Assembly: GCA_027339965.1 (NCBI GenBank) | Contig: DAHWNL010000064.1 | Span: 1 to 31,668 of the forward strand | DNA length: 31,668 nt | From: Granulicella sp. | GTDB taxonomy: Bacteria > Acidobacteriota > Terriglobia > Terriglobales > Acidobacteriaceae | Reading direction: 5' to 3' | Shown: piece by piece, positions 1-9,331 of the stretch | Position numbering within the stretch: position 1 is the stretch's first letter | Layout of the letters: the number at the start of each line of letters is the position of its first letter | The notes under the pieces: model-generated | Databases searched by the model: none | Told to the model about the DNA's origin: nothing | What the model saw: the letters and a program-made list of their open reading frames with translations, nothing else | Made by a program: the position numbers and the translations under genes

Positions 1-139
1 GATAAAACGGCTCGATCTCGGCCCACAACTCACCCCACGGAACCACGATCTCCATCTGCGAAAGAAACTCTGCACCACGCGTCACCTTCGCGCACTTCTC
101 ACATCCTGCCGCCATCGCCAACCTCTGCTGCTGTTCCAT
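1..139 (-). CDS. IS5-family transposase, N-terminal fragment (runs off the window; possibly degenerate)
   Basis: Manual translation from ATG at 139 gives MEQQQRLAMAAGCEKCAKVTRGAEFLSQMEIVVPWGELWAEIEPFY, matching the IS5-subgroup N-terminal pattern K-x-TRR-x-x-FL-x-x-M-x-x-VVPW-x-x-L-x-x-x-IEP-x-YP. It is absent from the ORF track because it is truncated. Confidence 0.85.
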   Translation of the reverse strand, partial: MEQQQRLAMAAGCEKCAKVTRGAEFLSQMEIVVPWGELWAEIEPFY

Positions 140-211
140 CCCCGCTCACCTCGATGATTGCAAACTAGAACCATCGGACGGTGGAAACGTACGAACTTAA
201 TCAGAGTCGCC
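1..211 (-). mobile_element. Left end of an IS5-family insertion sequence
   Basis: Minus strand 211->195 reads GGCGACTCTGATTAAGT, resembling IS5-subgroup terminal IRs. It lies ~70 bp upstream of the transposase ATG and abuts CTAA (212-215), which fits the IS5 YTAR target preference. Confidence 0.75.
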
Positions 212-212
212 C

Positions 213-327
213 TAAGAGCGTTTTCAGTGCAGGTGTAACGCGACGCATCGAGCTCTATGGGCGTTTCACCCAATGAAAACGCCACTGCACGCCCCGTCCG
301 GAGTACCCAGCAACACTGAAAATGCTA
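213..327. repeat. MITE-like palindromic repeat, copy 1
   Basis: Terminal IRs AGCGTTTTCAGTG (217-229) / CACTGAAAATGCT (314-326); internal hairpin GGCGTTTCA..TGAAAACGCC (260-283); ~78% identical to 12406-12520 by manual alignment. Confidence 0.85.
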
Positions 328-467
328 CAACGAAGGGCTTTCGGGGATCTCTGTCCGTCAAGATGCTCCGGTCAGGTTCGCTTTGGGAGATTCATTGCGA
401 CGGAAAAGCTGGGAAGATGGGTCAGGCGGTTGAGCCATCGGAGCCATCTTTTCTGCTCTGTCCTCGG

Positions 468-1442
468 CTACGGTCCTGGTTTGGTTCGCGGTGCCAGCCT
501 CTGCTTCAGAACCGCGTCGGCCACGGCTGCCGCCTCGCGGCCGTCCTGAAGATCATGCACCCGCAGGATGTGCGCGCCGGCCAGAATGGCCGCGACGTTT
601 CCCGCCACTGTGGCGATGCGCCTGGCGTCGCGTATCGTCGCACCGCCGTTCTGAAGGGGGTGGACCGCCCCGCCCAGGAAACTCTTGCGGGAGAGCCCTA
701 CCAACAGAGGGCGGCCCAACGCATGCAGCCGTCCGAGACCGGCGAGCAGATCAAAGTTCTCCCGGCCGCGTTTGCCAAAGCCAAGGCCCGGATCGATCAC
801 CATCCGCTGGCTGCGAATCCCGGCAGCCTCAGCCTGTGCCAAGCGCTCACACAGCCCATCCAGAACCATGGGAACCACCTGATGGCTCTGCAGCTCTGGC
901 AGCGATCCCCATTCACCCGGCCGGCCGCGGGTGTGCATCAGAACCAGGCCGCAACCGCTCTGCGCAACAACCTGCGGCATCCACGGATCCCATTGCAGCC
1001 CGGAGACATCGTTGATGATCTCGGCTCCGTGGCGCGCCGCCGCCCGGGCTGTGGCCGCGTGGTAGGTATCCACGGAGACCACAGCATCCGGCCGCTCCCG
1101 TAGCAGCCGGTCCAGGACCGGCAGAATCCTCGCCTGTTCCTGCTCGCTGCTGATGGGCGTGGCCTGTGGGCGGGTGGACTCCGCTCCCAGGTCAACAATA
1201 TCGGCTCCGGCATCCACGGCCTTTACCGCTGCGGCGACCGCCCGCTCCAGCGCCTCCGGGCCTGGATCCGAAGGTGGGAGAGCCTCGCCTTGCGTCCGCT
1301 CCTCGCCGCCGAGCAAGCCATCTCCGGAGAAGCTGTCTGGAGTCAGATTCAGAATGGCCATGAACAGCGTGCGTTCTCCCAGGGCCACCTTGCGCGTACG
1401 CAGTTGCCAGGAAAGGTGCGGTCTGGAGTCGCCAGGGTGCAT
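468..1442 (-). CDS. folP: Dihydropteroate synthase
   Basis: Motifs ILNLTPDSFS, DLGAESTRP, SVDT, INDVSG, LMH, DPGLGFGK, GLSRKSF, LRVHD. Confidence 0.96.
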   Translation of the reverse strand: MHPGDSRPHLSWQLRTRKVALGERTLFMAILNLTPDSFSGDGLLGGEERTQGEALPPSDPGPEALERAVAAAVKAVDAGADIVDLGAESTRPQATPISSEQEQARILPVLDRLLRERPDAVVSVDTYHAATARAAARHGAEIINDVSGLQWDPWMPQVVAQSGCGLVLMHTRGRPGEWGSLPELQSHQVVPMVLDGLCERLAQAEAAGIRSQRMVIDPGLGFGKRGRENFDLLAGLGRLHALGRPLLVGLSRKSFLGGAVHPLQNGGATIRDARRIATVAGNVAAILAGAHILRVHDLQDGREAAAVADAVLKQRLAPRTKPGP

Positions 1443-1459
1443 CGGATCGGTTTGCGTTC

Positions 1460-1601
1460 AGTCTAGAGCACTCTTCCGGTGTCGGATTGGCGGAGTGGGG
1501 GCGAGAGAGGTCTGATGGCATCTCCATTTCAATTCGGTCTCGCCAGACGGAGACGAGCGCCAAGCGTCCGGCTATACAAATTTCTCCGACTTTCGTAGAC
1601 T
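1460..1601. promoter_or_regulatory. Divergent folP/dacB promoter region with two TAGACT -10 boxes
   Basis: TAGACT on the minus strand at 1465-1460 (toward folP) and on the plus strand at 1596-1601, 6 nt before the dacB ATG. Confidence 0.5.
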
Positions 1602-1607
1602 CGCGCC

Positions 1608-3332
1608 ATGCATCGCTCTGCACTCCGGATACGGACCGTCTTGCTTTTTCTCTTCGCCTGGAGTGCGCTGTTCACCTGTGCCCACGCCGCAGACCATCCG
1701 CCGGCGCGCGAGATTCAACCGCTGGCGCGAAGGATCCAGGCGCTGCTGGAGCAGTCCGCAGCCTCCCGCGCTCACTGGGGCATTGCGGTCGCCACGTTGC
1801 AGGGTGAGCTGATCTACGGGCATGACGCGGGCAAGTTTTTCCGGCCGGCGTCCAACAACAAGATCTTCACCACCGCCACGGCGATGGCGCTGCTGGGTCC
1901 GCAGAAGACCTTCACGACGCGTGTCTTCGGCAACTACGATCCGGCCCATGGCGCCGTCAGCGGAGATCTGACTTTGTTGGGTGGCGGCGATGCGAACTTC
2001 GGTGCCGGCGATCTGCCCTATCGCTCGCCCGCTTCCATCTCCGCGCAGCCTCAGATGCGGGCAGCGGCGTCGCCTCCGCCGCTGGCGGATCTGGTTTCGC
2101 TCGCCGATCAGGTGGTGGCCAAAGGCGTCAAGCGGATCACCGGCGACATCGTCGGCGACGACACGCTGTTTCCGTATCAACCTTACGCGGAGTCCTGGGC
2201 GCAGGATGATCAGATCTGGGGCTATGGGGCTCCGGTGAGCGCTCTGACCATCGACAACAATGAGCTGAAGCTGGTGGTCACGCCGCTCCAGACGCTGGCG
2301 CCAGAGGGTGGATCTGGCGTCAACGCCGCCTCCGTGGAACTGGAGCAGAACGTGCCGTACTACCAAATGGACGCCCAGGTCTCGACCGTTCCGCCCGGCG
2401 CACCCGCCCAGGGCGTGGAGGTGGAGCGTCTACCCGGCTCTGGTCTGCTGCGCGTCTTTGGTTCTGTGCCGGTGGGTGGGCCGGCTCAGGTGGAAGAGGT
2501 CGCCATCGCGGATCCAGCTCAGTACGCCGCCATGGTCTTTGCTGCCCTGCTGCGGCAACGTGGGGTCGTCATCGACGGGCAAGCGCGCGCCCGGCACCGC
2601 TTCTCCACGGACGCTGTTCCTTATCTGTCCCAGTGGCTTACGCCGGATCTCTGTGACAGCCGAATGGTTGCCGCCGCATCCGTGCCCTTGGCTGGTCAAA
2701 GTGATCCTGAAGCTTGTAGTTGCGCCCCTTCACAGGCTCCCGTGCAGGCTTCAGCGCAGGCCTCTGCCGACGAAGGCCAACTGCTCGCCGCCCATATCTC
2801 GGCCCCCCTGGCGGAAGATGTGGTGCTCACCAACAAGGTGAGCCAGAACCTGCACGCGGAGCTGTTTTTGCATCATCTGGGCCGCGCGGCGCCCTGCGGA
2901 GACGGTTCCACTGTGGATGGGGCGCGGTTGATCCGTGCCAACCTGGAGCATGCGGGCCTGGATCCCGACGAGTTCTTCTTCTTCGACGGTTCCGGCCTCA
3001 GCGCGCATGACCTGGTGACGCCGGGCGGCACGGTGAAGTTTCTCTCGTACGTAGCTCGCCAGCCGTGGTTCAAGCAATGGAAGGCGTCGCTGCCGGATGC
3101 AGGCGAGGACGGCACGCTCAGCGAGCGCTTTCCGAATCCTCCGGTCAAAGGGCATCTCTTCGCCAAAACGGGAACCCTGGGCGAGTCGCGCGCTCTCTCT
3201 GGGTACCTGGATACCGCCAGTGGCCGCACGCTGATCTTCTCCATCTTCGTCGATGAGCAGCCGCCCTCCGGCAGCTCGAAAGCCCGCAACCTGATTGACA
3301 AGATCGTCACCGCCATTGCGGAGGATGAGTAG
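1608..3332 (+). CDS. dacB: D-alanyl-D-alanine carboxypeptidase/endopeptidase (PBP4, peptidase S13)
   Basis: Signal peptide; SxxK (PASNNK), SxN (SQN) and KTG (AKTGTL) motifs; DGSGLS motif. Confidence 0.95.
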   Translation: MHRSALRIRTVLLFLFAWSALFTCAHAADHPPAREIQPLARRIQALLEQSAASRAHWGIAVATLQGELIYGHDAGKFFRPASNNKIFTTATAMALLGPQKTFTTRVFGNYDPAHGAVSGDLTLLGGGDANFGAGDLPYRSPASISAQPQMRAAASPPPLADLVSLADQVVAKGVKRITGDIVGDDTLFPYQPYAESWAQDDQIWGYGAPVSALTIDNNELKLVVTPLQTLAPEGGSGVNAASVELEQNVPYYQMDAQVSTVPPGAPAQGVEVERLPGSGLLRVFGSVPVGGPAQVEEVAIADPAQYAAMVFAALLRQRGVVIDGQARARHRFSTDAVPYLSQWLTPDLCDSRMVAAASVPLAGQSDPEACSCAPSQAPVQASAQASADEGQLLAAHISAPLAEDVVLTNKVSQNLHAELFLHHLGRAAPCGDGSTVDGARLIRANLEHAGLDPDEFFFFDGSGLSAHDLVTPGGTVKFLSYVARQPWFKQWKASLPDAGEDGTLSERFPNPPVKGHLFAKTGTLGESRALSGYLDTASGRTLIFSIFVDEQPPSGSSKARNLIDKIVTAIAEDE

Positions 3333-3475
3333 AGCGGCCTGCCGGCTGATCGCCATCCTGACGGGCAGAGCGCAAAGCGAAGCTGTGCGCCGCCGGCGGG
3401 ACGGCCTGGGATCGAGCATTGACGTGGCAGGAAGGCCCCTTGCAGGATACGGTCCAGACTGCACAGTTCAACAGT

Positions 3476-3739
3476 TCAATGGCGCGTGTGCAGCCTGAGG
3501 CACTCGCGCAACTCCTGGTTGAGTTCGAGCGCCCGGGTGACGCCCGAGTCCAACATGCGCGCCCACTCTCCGGCAGGTTCTTTCAATTCGGCCATATTCA
3601 GCAGATAACTGGTTTGCACAACGATCTCCAGCGCATTGGAGAGGTCGTGAGCCAGGCGCCGGATCTCCTGCGACAGGGCTTCTGGAATCCGCTGCTCGAG
3701 CGGCTGGTGGGAAGTCGAAGTTTCCTTCATGGGCTCCAT
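3476..3739 (-). CDS. Small protein resembling a stand-alone histidine-kinase dimerisation/phosphoacceptor (HisKA/DHp) domain
   Basis: 87 aa, AAGGAG RBS before the ATG, H-box-like IRRLAHDLSNAL followed by a second amphipathic helix; no ATPase domain. Confidence 0.7.
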   Translation of the reverse strand: MEPMKETSTSHQPLEQRIPEALSQEIRRLAHDLSNALEIVVQTSYLLNMAELKEPAGEWARMLDSGVTRALELNQELRECLRLHTRH

Positions 3740-3982
3740 TCCGCTCCTTGGTGCGGGTCATAGCGTAGGACGCAATTTTCTGCAGATGGGATTCTTGAAG
3801 AATCGCCACGCAGCGCGGACGGGTAGCGAATGGGTGAAGAGATCAGTCCGCCCGAAGAGTCAACGGACGCCATCCAGCGGCTGATCCCGGCTTGCCAAGG
3901 GCACGAAAGAATGCCGGGAAGCGGCCTGACCCGGTTCCCTTTCGGCCCATGTTGTGGCCTTCCAGCGCGCTTGCCGGATCGG

Positions 3983-4011
3983 TTGACAGCCCGCTCCCGC
4001 TTTGGGAGACT
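3983..4011 (+). promoter_or_regulatory. Sigma70-type promoter of tRNA-Leu
   Basis: TTGACA (3983-3988), 17-bp spacer, GAGACT (4006-4011) preceded by an extended -10 TG. Confidence 0.65.
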
Positions 4012-4074
4012 TAAAGCTCACGCAGTTCGCGCGGCTGGATACGGGTTGCATCCGGTGCTGGGCCTCTGAAGTGA

Positions 4075-4161
4075 GCCGAAGTGGCGGAATTGGCAGACGC
4101 GCATGGTTCAGGTCCATGTACTCGCAAGGGTGTGAAGGTTCGAGTCCTTTCTTCGGCACCA
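4075..4161 (+). tRNA. tRNA-Leu (anticodon CAG)
   Basis: Acceptor stem GCCGAAG/CTTCGGC plus ACCA; D-loop GGAATTGGCAGA; anticodon arm CATGG-TTCAGGT-CCATG (CAG at 4109-4111); long variable arm; GGTTCGAGTCC T arm; 87 nt. Confidence 0.97.
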
Positions 4162-4302
4162 AAATAAACAGTCCCGGCTATGCGGCGGATGCGGCGGCGT
4201 CTTCAGATCGTGACCAGTGGAACGCACCAACCATTCCGCTCTCGGGAAAGCCGTCAGATCATCTCCTTTGAAGTTGTAGAAGTTGTTTAGGATGTCGCGG
4301 GT

Positions 4303-4940
4303 ATACGGAAGAGCCGCTTGGAGTCGAGTTCGCAGAGGCGTTGAATCGAGCATCTCGTGCCGGGATCAACGGCCCGGACGGCTGCCTCTCGGGTCGATGT
4401 GAACAAGAGCACGGCAGCGCTGATCTCCATGGTCTGCGCCAGATCATTGCCGAGAAGAGTGAGGATGCAACTCCTCTGTTTGGCGAGATCGAGGTGGACG
4501 AGAGCTACTTCGGCAGCCATCGCAAGGGCAAGCGCGGAAGCGGCGCTGCCCGCAAGGTGCGTGCGTGTGGCCCGCGAAAACGCGGTGTCAAGGTCTATGC
4601 CCCAAGGCGATCAGCAAAGTGAAGGGCAAGAACCTGAAGGCCATCATCGACACTGAGGTGGTGCCCGGCTCGACCGTTTCTTCCGACACGCTCAACTCCT
4701 CAAACGTGCTGGATATATCCAGCTTCCAGCACTACCGCATCAACCACGCCAAGCTGTTCTCCGGCCAGAAGAACCACATCAACGGCATGGAGAACCTCTG
4801 GAACCAGGCCAAGCGACACATGCTCCGCTCCAACGGTGTTTCAACAGCGCGCTTCCATCTCTTTCTGAAGGAGTGCAAGTGGCGCTTCAATACGCCTCAA
4901 CCACGACATCAACAAGCCCAATTTAAGGCAATGGGCTCGA
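4303..4940 (+). pseudogene. Decayed IS1595-family (IS1016-like) transposase
   Basis: Spread over three frames: (I)RKSRL..QRR*IEHLVPGSTARTAAS..VNKSTAA with in-frame TGA at 4342; a frameshift near 4433 into HGLRQII..GEIEVDESYFG..RKGKRG; a frameshift near 4602 into ..SD..HYRINH..NHINGMENLWNQAKR..FHLFLKECKWRFN. The start codon has decayed to ATA. The end coordinate is approximate. Confidence 0.9.
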
Positions 4941-5064
4941 GATCGGCTCAATTCGTTTTCTCGGACAGCGGAAACAGGAAGGCGAAGTCAAGCAGCGCAA
5001 GCCTGGATACAAAGCTCGGCGCTGGGCCTGACGACACGGGCACGAGGTTGGCGAAGCGGTGGCG

Positions 5065-6480
5065 CTACCGGGAGTCCGCCTCCATGTCCGCCTCAACCTC
5101 CAGCGTTCTTCGCCGCAGTCTCTCCGCCAGCTCTCGCGGCCGCAGGGATTGCGGATAGTGAAGCATGGAGCGCAGAAACCCTCCCCAGGTGTCCTGCGCG
5201 ATGCGCAGCGAGGCGGGCAGTACGTAAGCGCCCATCATCATCTCGCTCAGCAGCAGGGAGACCGCTGCCCCGTAGAGCCCATAGCGGCGGGCCGCAAGGT
5301 ACGTTACCAGCACGGTGATCCCCGTGGCGCCCGCGTAGACCGTGGCCAGCCGCTCATGCAGGTTGATTGCCGCCACCAACGTCGAGCTGGTGGACCACAG
5401 CGAGTAGAAGACCACCACCACCAGAAGTATGCCCACCAGGCCGGGGCTGGAAGGAACCCGTCCCAGCGTCCACTTGTGCAGAAACGTGGGGCCAAAGGCC
5501 GCCACCAGGACCACGACGACCAGGCTGACAAAAAGCGCAAACTGCACCGCGCGGCGATGAATCTGCCGCACCACGTCCATGTCTCCCGCGCCGAAGGCGA
5601 TCGAAAGCTCTGGCCAGATGGTGTTCCTCACCAGCTCCACCGCCTGCAAGGCCAGGCGGGAGACCGTTCGCGCCGTGATCCAGACAGCCACCATGTCATT
5701 GCCCAGGGCGTAGTTCACCGCCAGTTGCGATCCCTGGATATTGAGCGAGTTGCCGAGGGGAAAACCCAGAAAGGCCAGCGCCGGCCGGGTGAGCCGCTTG
5801 ATCTCTCGCAGCGAGGTGTGGCTCCATCCGTAGCTGATCCAGGGAATATCATGCTTGACCATGGCGCAGAGGATCAGCGTTCCAGCGAGATTGGCCAGCG
5901 CGAAGACCTCAGCGGTGGTGCGCGGCCCGTAGCCCTCCATCACCGGCACCAGCATGACGGCGAAGGCGGCCAGCGTCAGGCAGCTCTTAGCGAAGTTCCC
6001 ATACGAGTAACGCTTGATGCAGCGGTAAGCCGACTGCAAAAGCTGCTCCATCTGCCCAAACAGCATCGACAACGCCAGCCAGAAGAGCACCACCTTGACG
6101 TCATGCTCGCTGAGCAGCGACAGGTTGAGCAGCCGCGCCACCGGCAGTTCATAGATCACCAAGCAGAAGACCGCCATGGTCGCGCTGATCAGTAGCGTGA
6201 TAAGCCACCAGCAGCTCTGGAAGATGGTTAGAGCTTGCTCCTGCTCCCCCCGCGCCATCAGCATGGTCATCTCATTGCCGGCGACCGAACCAAAGCCGAC
6301 GTTGGAAAAGCTCAGGTACGTCGGCGTCGCGGTAAGAATCCCCCAGACCCCAAACATGGCCCGGCCCCAGAAGTGCATCAGCATGGGAACCTGGATAAGC
6401 TGAATCAGGGTGTAGGAGGCCTTGCTCACCACCGTAGTGACAAAGCCGACCATCAGCCGCCTTCTGGTCCCCTCATCCAT
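5065..6480 (-). CDS. Polysaccharide biosynthesis/oligosaccharide flippase family (Wzx/MOP superfamily) membrane protein
   Basis: 471 aa with about 12-14 hydrophobic segments; N-terminal VP..MHFWG..FGVW..L..SNVGFG pattern typical of Wzx-like exporters; overlaps the dnaG stop by 8 nt. Confidence 0.75.
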   Translation of the reverse strand: MDEGTRRRLMVGFVTTVVSKASYTLIQLIQVPMLMHFWGRAMFGVWGILTATPTYLSFSNVGFGSVAGNEMTMLMARGEQEQALTIFQSCWWLITLLISATMAVFCLVIYELPVARLLNLSLLSEHDVKVVLFWLALSMLFGQMEQLLQSAYRCIKRYSYGNFAKSCLTLAAFAVMLVPVMEGYGPRTTAEVFALANLAGTLILCAMVKHDIPWISYGWSHTSLREIKRLTRPALAFLGFPLGNSLNIQGSQLAVNYALGNDMVAVWITARTVSRLALQAVELVRNTIWPELSIAFGAGDMDVVRQIHRRAVQFALFVSLVVVVLVAAFGPTFLHKWTLGRVPSSPGLVGILLVVVVFYSLWSTSSTLVAAINLHERLATVYAGATGITVLVTYLAARRYGLYGAAVSLLLSEMMMGAYVLPASLRIAQDTWGGFLRSMLHYPQSLRPRELAERLRRRTLEVEADMEADSR

Positions 6481-8245
6481 GCTTCAGCTCCCCATCCAGC
6501 CGGATCTTCTCCTGGGCCAGCCGCAGGAGCATGAGTTCATCGCCGCGCTGCTGGGCCTGGGCCATGGCAGCCCGGACCTCCCGGGAGCGGCGCTCCAGGT
6601 ACCCGCGGCGCAGCGCGGCCAGCGCTCCGTCGACCTTTGCCGCGGTGACGCCTTCCTCCGCGGCGCTCTGCAGGGCGCTGGCCAGCAAAGTCCGGGAAGC
6701 CTCATCGGGAGCAGCCTCGAAGGGATTTTCCTGCGCCGGGCTATTCACCAGCACCTCGATCAAGGCCGCGCTGGGCAGCGCCGAGTACCACTCTGGATTC
6801 TGGCCCAGACGCTCCACCGCCAGGGCCCGCGCTGAGTCAGCGTCCGGCAGCACCAGAGCGCAGAGCAGAATCCTCTCATCCTCGCGGACCGCCCGTGGCT
6901 GCGCCGCCTTCACGCTCTCCAGCCGCTGCTGCGCGGCGTGGCGCAGCTCCTGGCGCAGCAGAGCGCTATCGATGCCCAGCTTCTGCGCCGCATTCTCCGC
7001 GAATTCACCGCGTGCAATCGGATTGGTAACCCGCACGATATGCGGCAACAGCATGTTGACGGCCTTCACCTTGCTCTCCGGCGCGCGTCCGGGATAAAGC
7101 GCCTGCGCACGCTCAATCAGATAGTCGGCGTAGCGTGCCGCTCCTCGCACGGCAGTGGTGTAGGCCTCCATGCCCCGCTCCTTGATATACCGGTCAGGGT
7201 CCAGGCCGCCCTCCAGCGTAACCACCCGCACCTCAAAGCCCTCTTCCACCAGCAGCGCGATGGTCTTCTCCGCCGCGCTGGCGCCCGCCTGATCGGGATC
7301 GAAGTTCAGCACCACGCGCTTGGTGAACCGGCCCAGCAAGCGAACCTGATGGTCTGTGAAGGCGGTTCCGCTGGTCGCAATCACGTTGCCGATCCCGCCC
7401 GTGAAGACGCGGATGCAGTCCATCTGTCCCTCCACCAGCAAGGCAAAGTCCATCTCCCGGATCGCCGCCTTCGCCTTGTCCAGGTTGAACAGCACCTGAC
7501 CCTTGGTATAGAGCGGTGTCTCCGGCGAGTTCAGGTACTTGGGTCCGGCCTTAGGGTCCTGTTCGGCTGCATCCAGCGCGCGCGCCGTAAATGCTATCGG
7601 CTTGCCCTGCTCATTCGCGATGGGAAAAGTGATCCGCCGGCGGAAGCGGGCATACATTGGCCCCGGGCTGCCGTCCTCCTGCTCCTTCCAACTGAACAGG
7701 CCGCTCTGCCGCAGCACCTCCTCAGAGAAGAAATTGCCCAGACGGTCGCGCATGTCGTTGAAGCTCTCCGGAGCATACCCGATACGGAACTTCGCAATCG
7801 TCTCCGCACTCACCCCGCGCAGGCTAAGATACTCCCGGGCGCGGGCCGCCTCGGGAGAGCGCAGGGACTGCTCAAAGTACTGGGTGGCGGCCTCATGCGC
7901 GTCCAGCAACTGGCGGCGCAGACCGGCCTCCCGAGCGTCCTGGGCGGAGTGGAACTCCCGCTGTGGAAGAGCCATGCCCATCTTGACCGCCACGGCGCGC
8001 ACCGCCTCGGGAAAGCTCAGCGAGTCCATCTTCATCACAAAGTTGAAGACGTCCCCATGCTCATGGCAGCCGAAGCAGTAGTAGCTGGCCGTTCCGGGGT
8101 AGAGGTAGAACGATCCTGACTTCTCTTTGTGAAACGGGCAAAGCGCGCTCCAGTTCGCCCCGCTCTTGCGCAGCTTCACATACTCGCCCACAATCCGGAC
8201 GATGTCGGCCTGCTGCTTCACGGTCTGGGCAAAGTTGTCCGCCAT
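6473..8245 (-). CDS. dnaG: DNA primase
   Basis: CHC2 zinc finger (CPFH..EK..SF..YYCFGC), FRRRITFPI, KYLNSPET, TOPRIM VEGQMD and FDPDQAG, DPD motif. Confidence 0.98.
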   Translation of the reverse strand: MADNFAQTVKQQADIVRIVGEYVKLRKSGANWSALCPFHKEKSGSFYLYPGTASYYCFGCHEHGDVFNFVMKMDSLSFPEAVRAVAVKMGMALPQREFHSAQDAREAGLRRQLLDAHEAATQYFEQSLRSPEAARAREYLSLRGVSAETIAKFRIGYAPESFNDMRDRLGNFFSEEVLRQSGLFSWKEQEDGSPGPMYARFRRRITFPIANEQGKPIAFTARALDAAEQDPKAGPKYLNSPETPLYTKGQVLFNLDKAKAAIREMDFALLVEGQMDCIRVFTGGIGNVIATSGTAFTDHQVRLLGRFTKRVVLNFDPDQAGASAAEKTIALLVEEGFEVRVVTLEGGLDPDRYIKERGMEAYTTAVRGAARYADYLIERAQALYPGRAPESKVKAVNMLLPHIVRVTNPIARGEFAENAAQKLGIDSALLRQELRHAAQQRLESVKAAQPRAVREDERILLCALVLPDADSARALAVERLGQNPEWYSALPSAALIEVLVNSPAQENPFEAAPDEASRTLLASALQSAAEEGVTAAKVDGALAALRRGYLERRSREVRAAMAQAQQRGDELMLLRLAQEKIRLDGELKHG

Positions 8246-8370
8246 AGGGCTGCTTCCAGTGTAGGCGGAACCACCCGCAACGCACCTCCGGTCGGCTCTC
8301 CCTTACCAAAAGCCGAGCAGGCTCTCCGCTCCAGACGGCGGAACTCCCGCTCTGCTCTAGACTCTGTCTT

Positions 8371-9330
8371 ATGCTCTCTTCCGCTCGCGCCCGGCTCTGC
8401 GTGGTTCTGGTGGGCGCGCGCAACCCGCTTAACATCGGGGCTGCGGCTCGCGCCATGCAAGACTTCGGGTTCTCTGACCTGCGGGTGGTCAACCCATTCT
8501 CAGCCCCGTTTGAAGCCGCACAACTGGACGCTTTGCAGGCCGAGAACCGGCCTTCAGCGAACCCCTCGGCTCCCAACCCGGCGGCAGTGGCGGCGCAGCA
8601 GGTGCTGCGCTCGGCCCGCCGCTATGACACCCTGCTGGAAGCCATCGCCGACTCTACCTTTACGGTAGGCACCACAGCCATCGGCGAGCGCAGTCTGCGG
8701 CAGCCCATCCTGCGCCTGCAGCAAGCTGCGCCGCTGATCCAGCAAGCTCTCAGCGCCGCCGTCCCAGGCGCACCAGCGGGCAACGGCGGAGCGGAGCGCG
8801 CCAGCCAGGAGCAGGAGCCTGGGGCGGCAGAGCACCGCGTGGCTCTGCTGTTCGGTTCGGAGAAAACCGGTCTGACCAACGATCAGCTCTCGCACTGCGA
8901 CCTGCTCACCACCATCCCCATGTTCCAGCCTGAGGGGAACCGTCACCTCTCGATGAACCTGGGCCAATCCGTCGCCGTCTGCCTCTACGAGTTGATCCGT
9001 TCCGGCTTCGAGTCCAGCGTGGAGGTTCCGCGGCAACAGGAGGCTCCCGCAACTGCAGAGGACCGCGAACGCCTCACCCAGCTTCTGTTGGAGGTTCTGC
9101 GCGTCTCCGGCTATGCACACCGCTTCCCGGCGAACTCCCGCGAGCCGGTGGTCCGCCAACTCGTCCTGCAGCTTGCGGCAGCCTCGACGCAGGCCCCCGA
9201 CAGCTACCGCTCGGGGATGACGCACTCGCAGGCGATGACGGTGATGGGCATCCTGCGCCGCGTTCTGCGGCAAGCCTCCAGCGCGCCGGAAGAGCCGGAA
9301 GAGGAGAGCGCAGCCGGCTCGATAGAATAG
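8371..9330 (+). CDS. trmJ: SPOUT RNA methyltransferase, TrmJ/LasT family
   Basis: VVLVGARNPLNIGAAARAMQDFG, ALLFGSEKTGLTN and SMNLGQSVAVCLYE motifs. Confidence 0.88.
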   Translation: MLSSARARLCVVLVGARNPLNIGAAARAMQDFGFSDLRVVNPFSAPFEAAQLDALQAENRPSANPSAPNPAAVAAQQVLRSARRYDTLLEAIADSTFTVGTTAIGERSLRQPILRLQQAAPLIQQALSAAVPGAPAGNGGAERASQEQEPGAAEHRVALLFGSEKTGLTNDQLSHCDLLTTIPMFQPEGNRHLSMNLGQSVAVCLYELIRSGFESSVEVPRQQEAPATAEDRERLTQLLLEVLRVSGYAHRFPANSREPVVRQLVLQLAAASTQAPDSYRSGMTHSQAMTVMGILRRVLRQASSAPEEPEEESAAGSIE

Positions 9331-9331
9331 G

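Noticed and set aside
468..1442. sul-type sulfonamide resistance gene
   Set aside because: Chromosomal context, host-like composition and a canonical DPGLGFGK loop indicate housekeeping folP.
4075..5060. Possible integrative island at tRNA-Leu
   Set aside because: No integrase, and I noticed no duplicated tRNA 3' end (att site) in the window; only an IS remnant is present.
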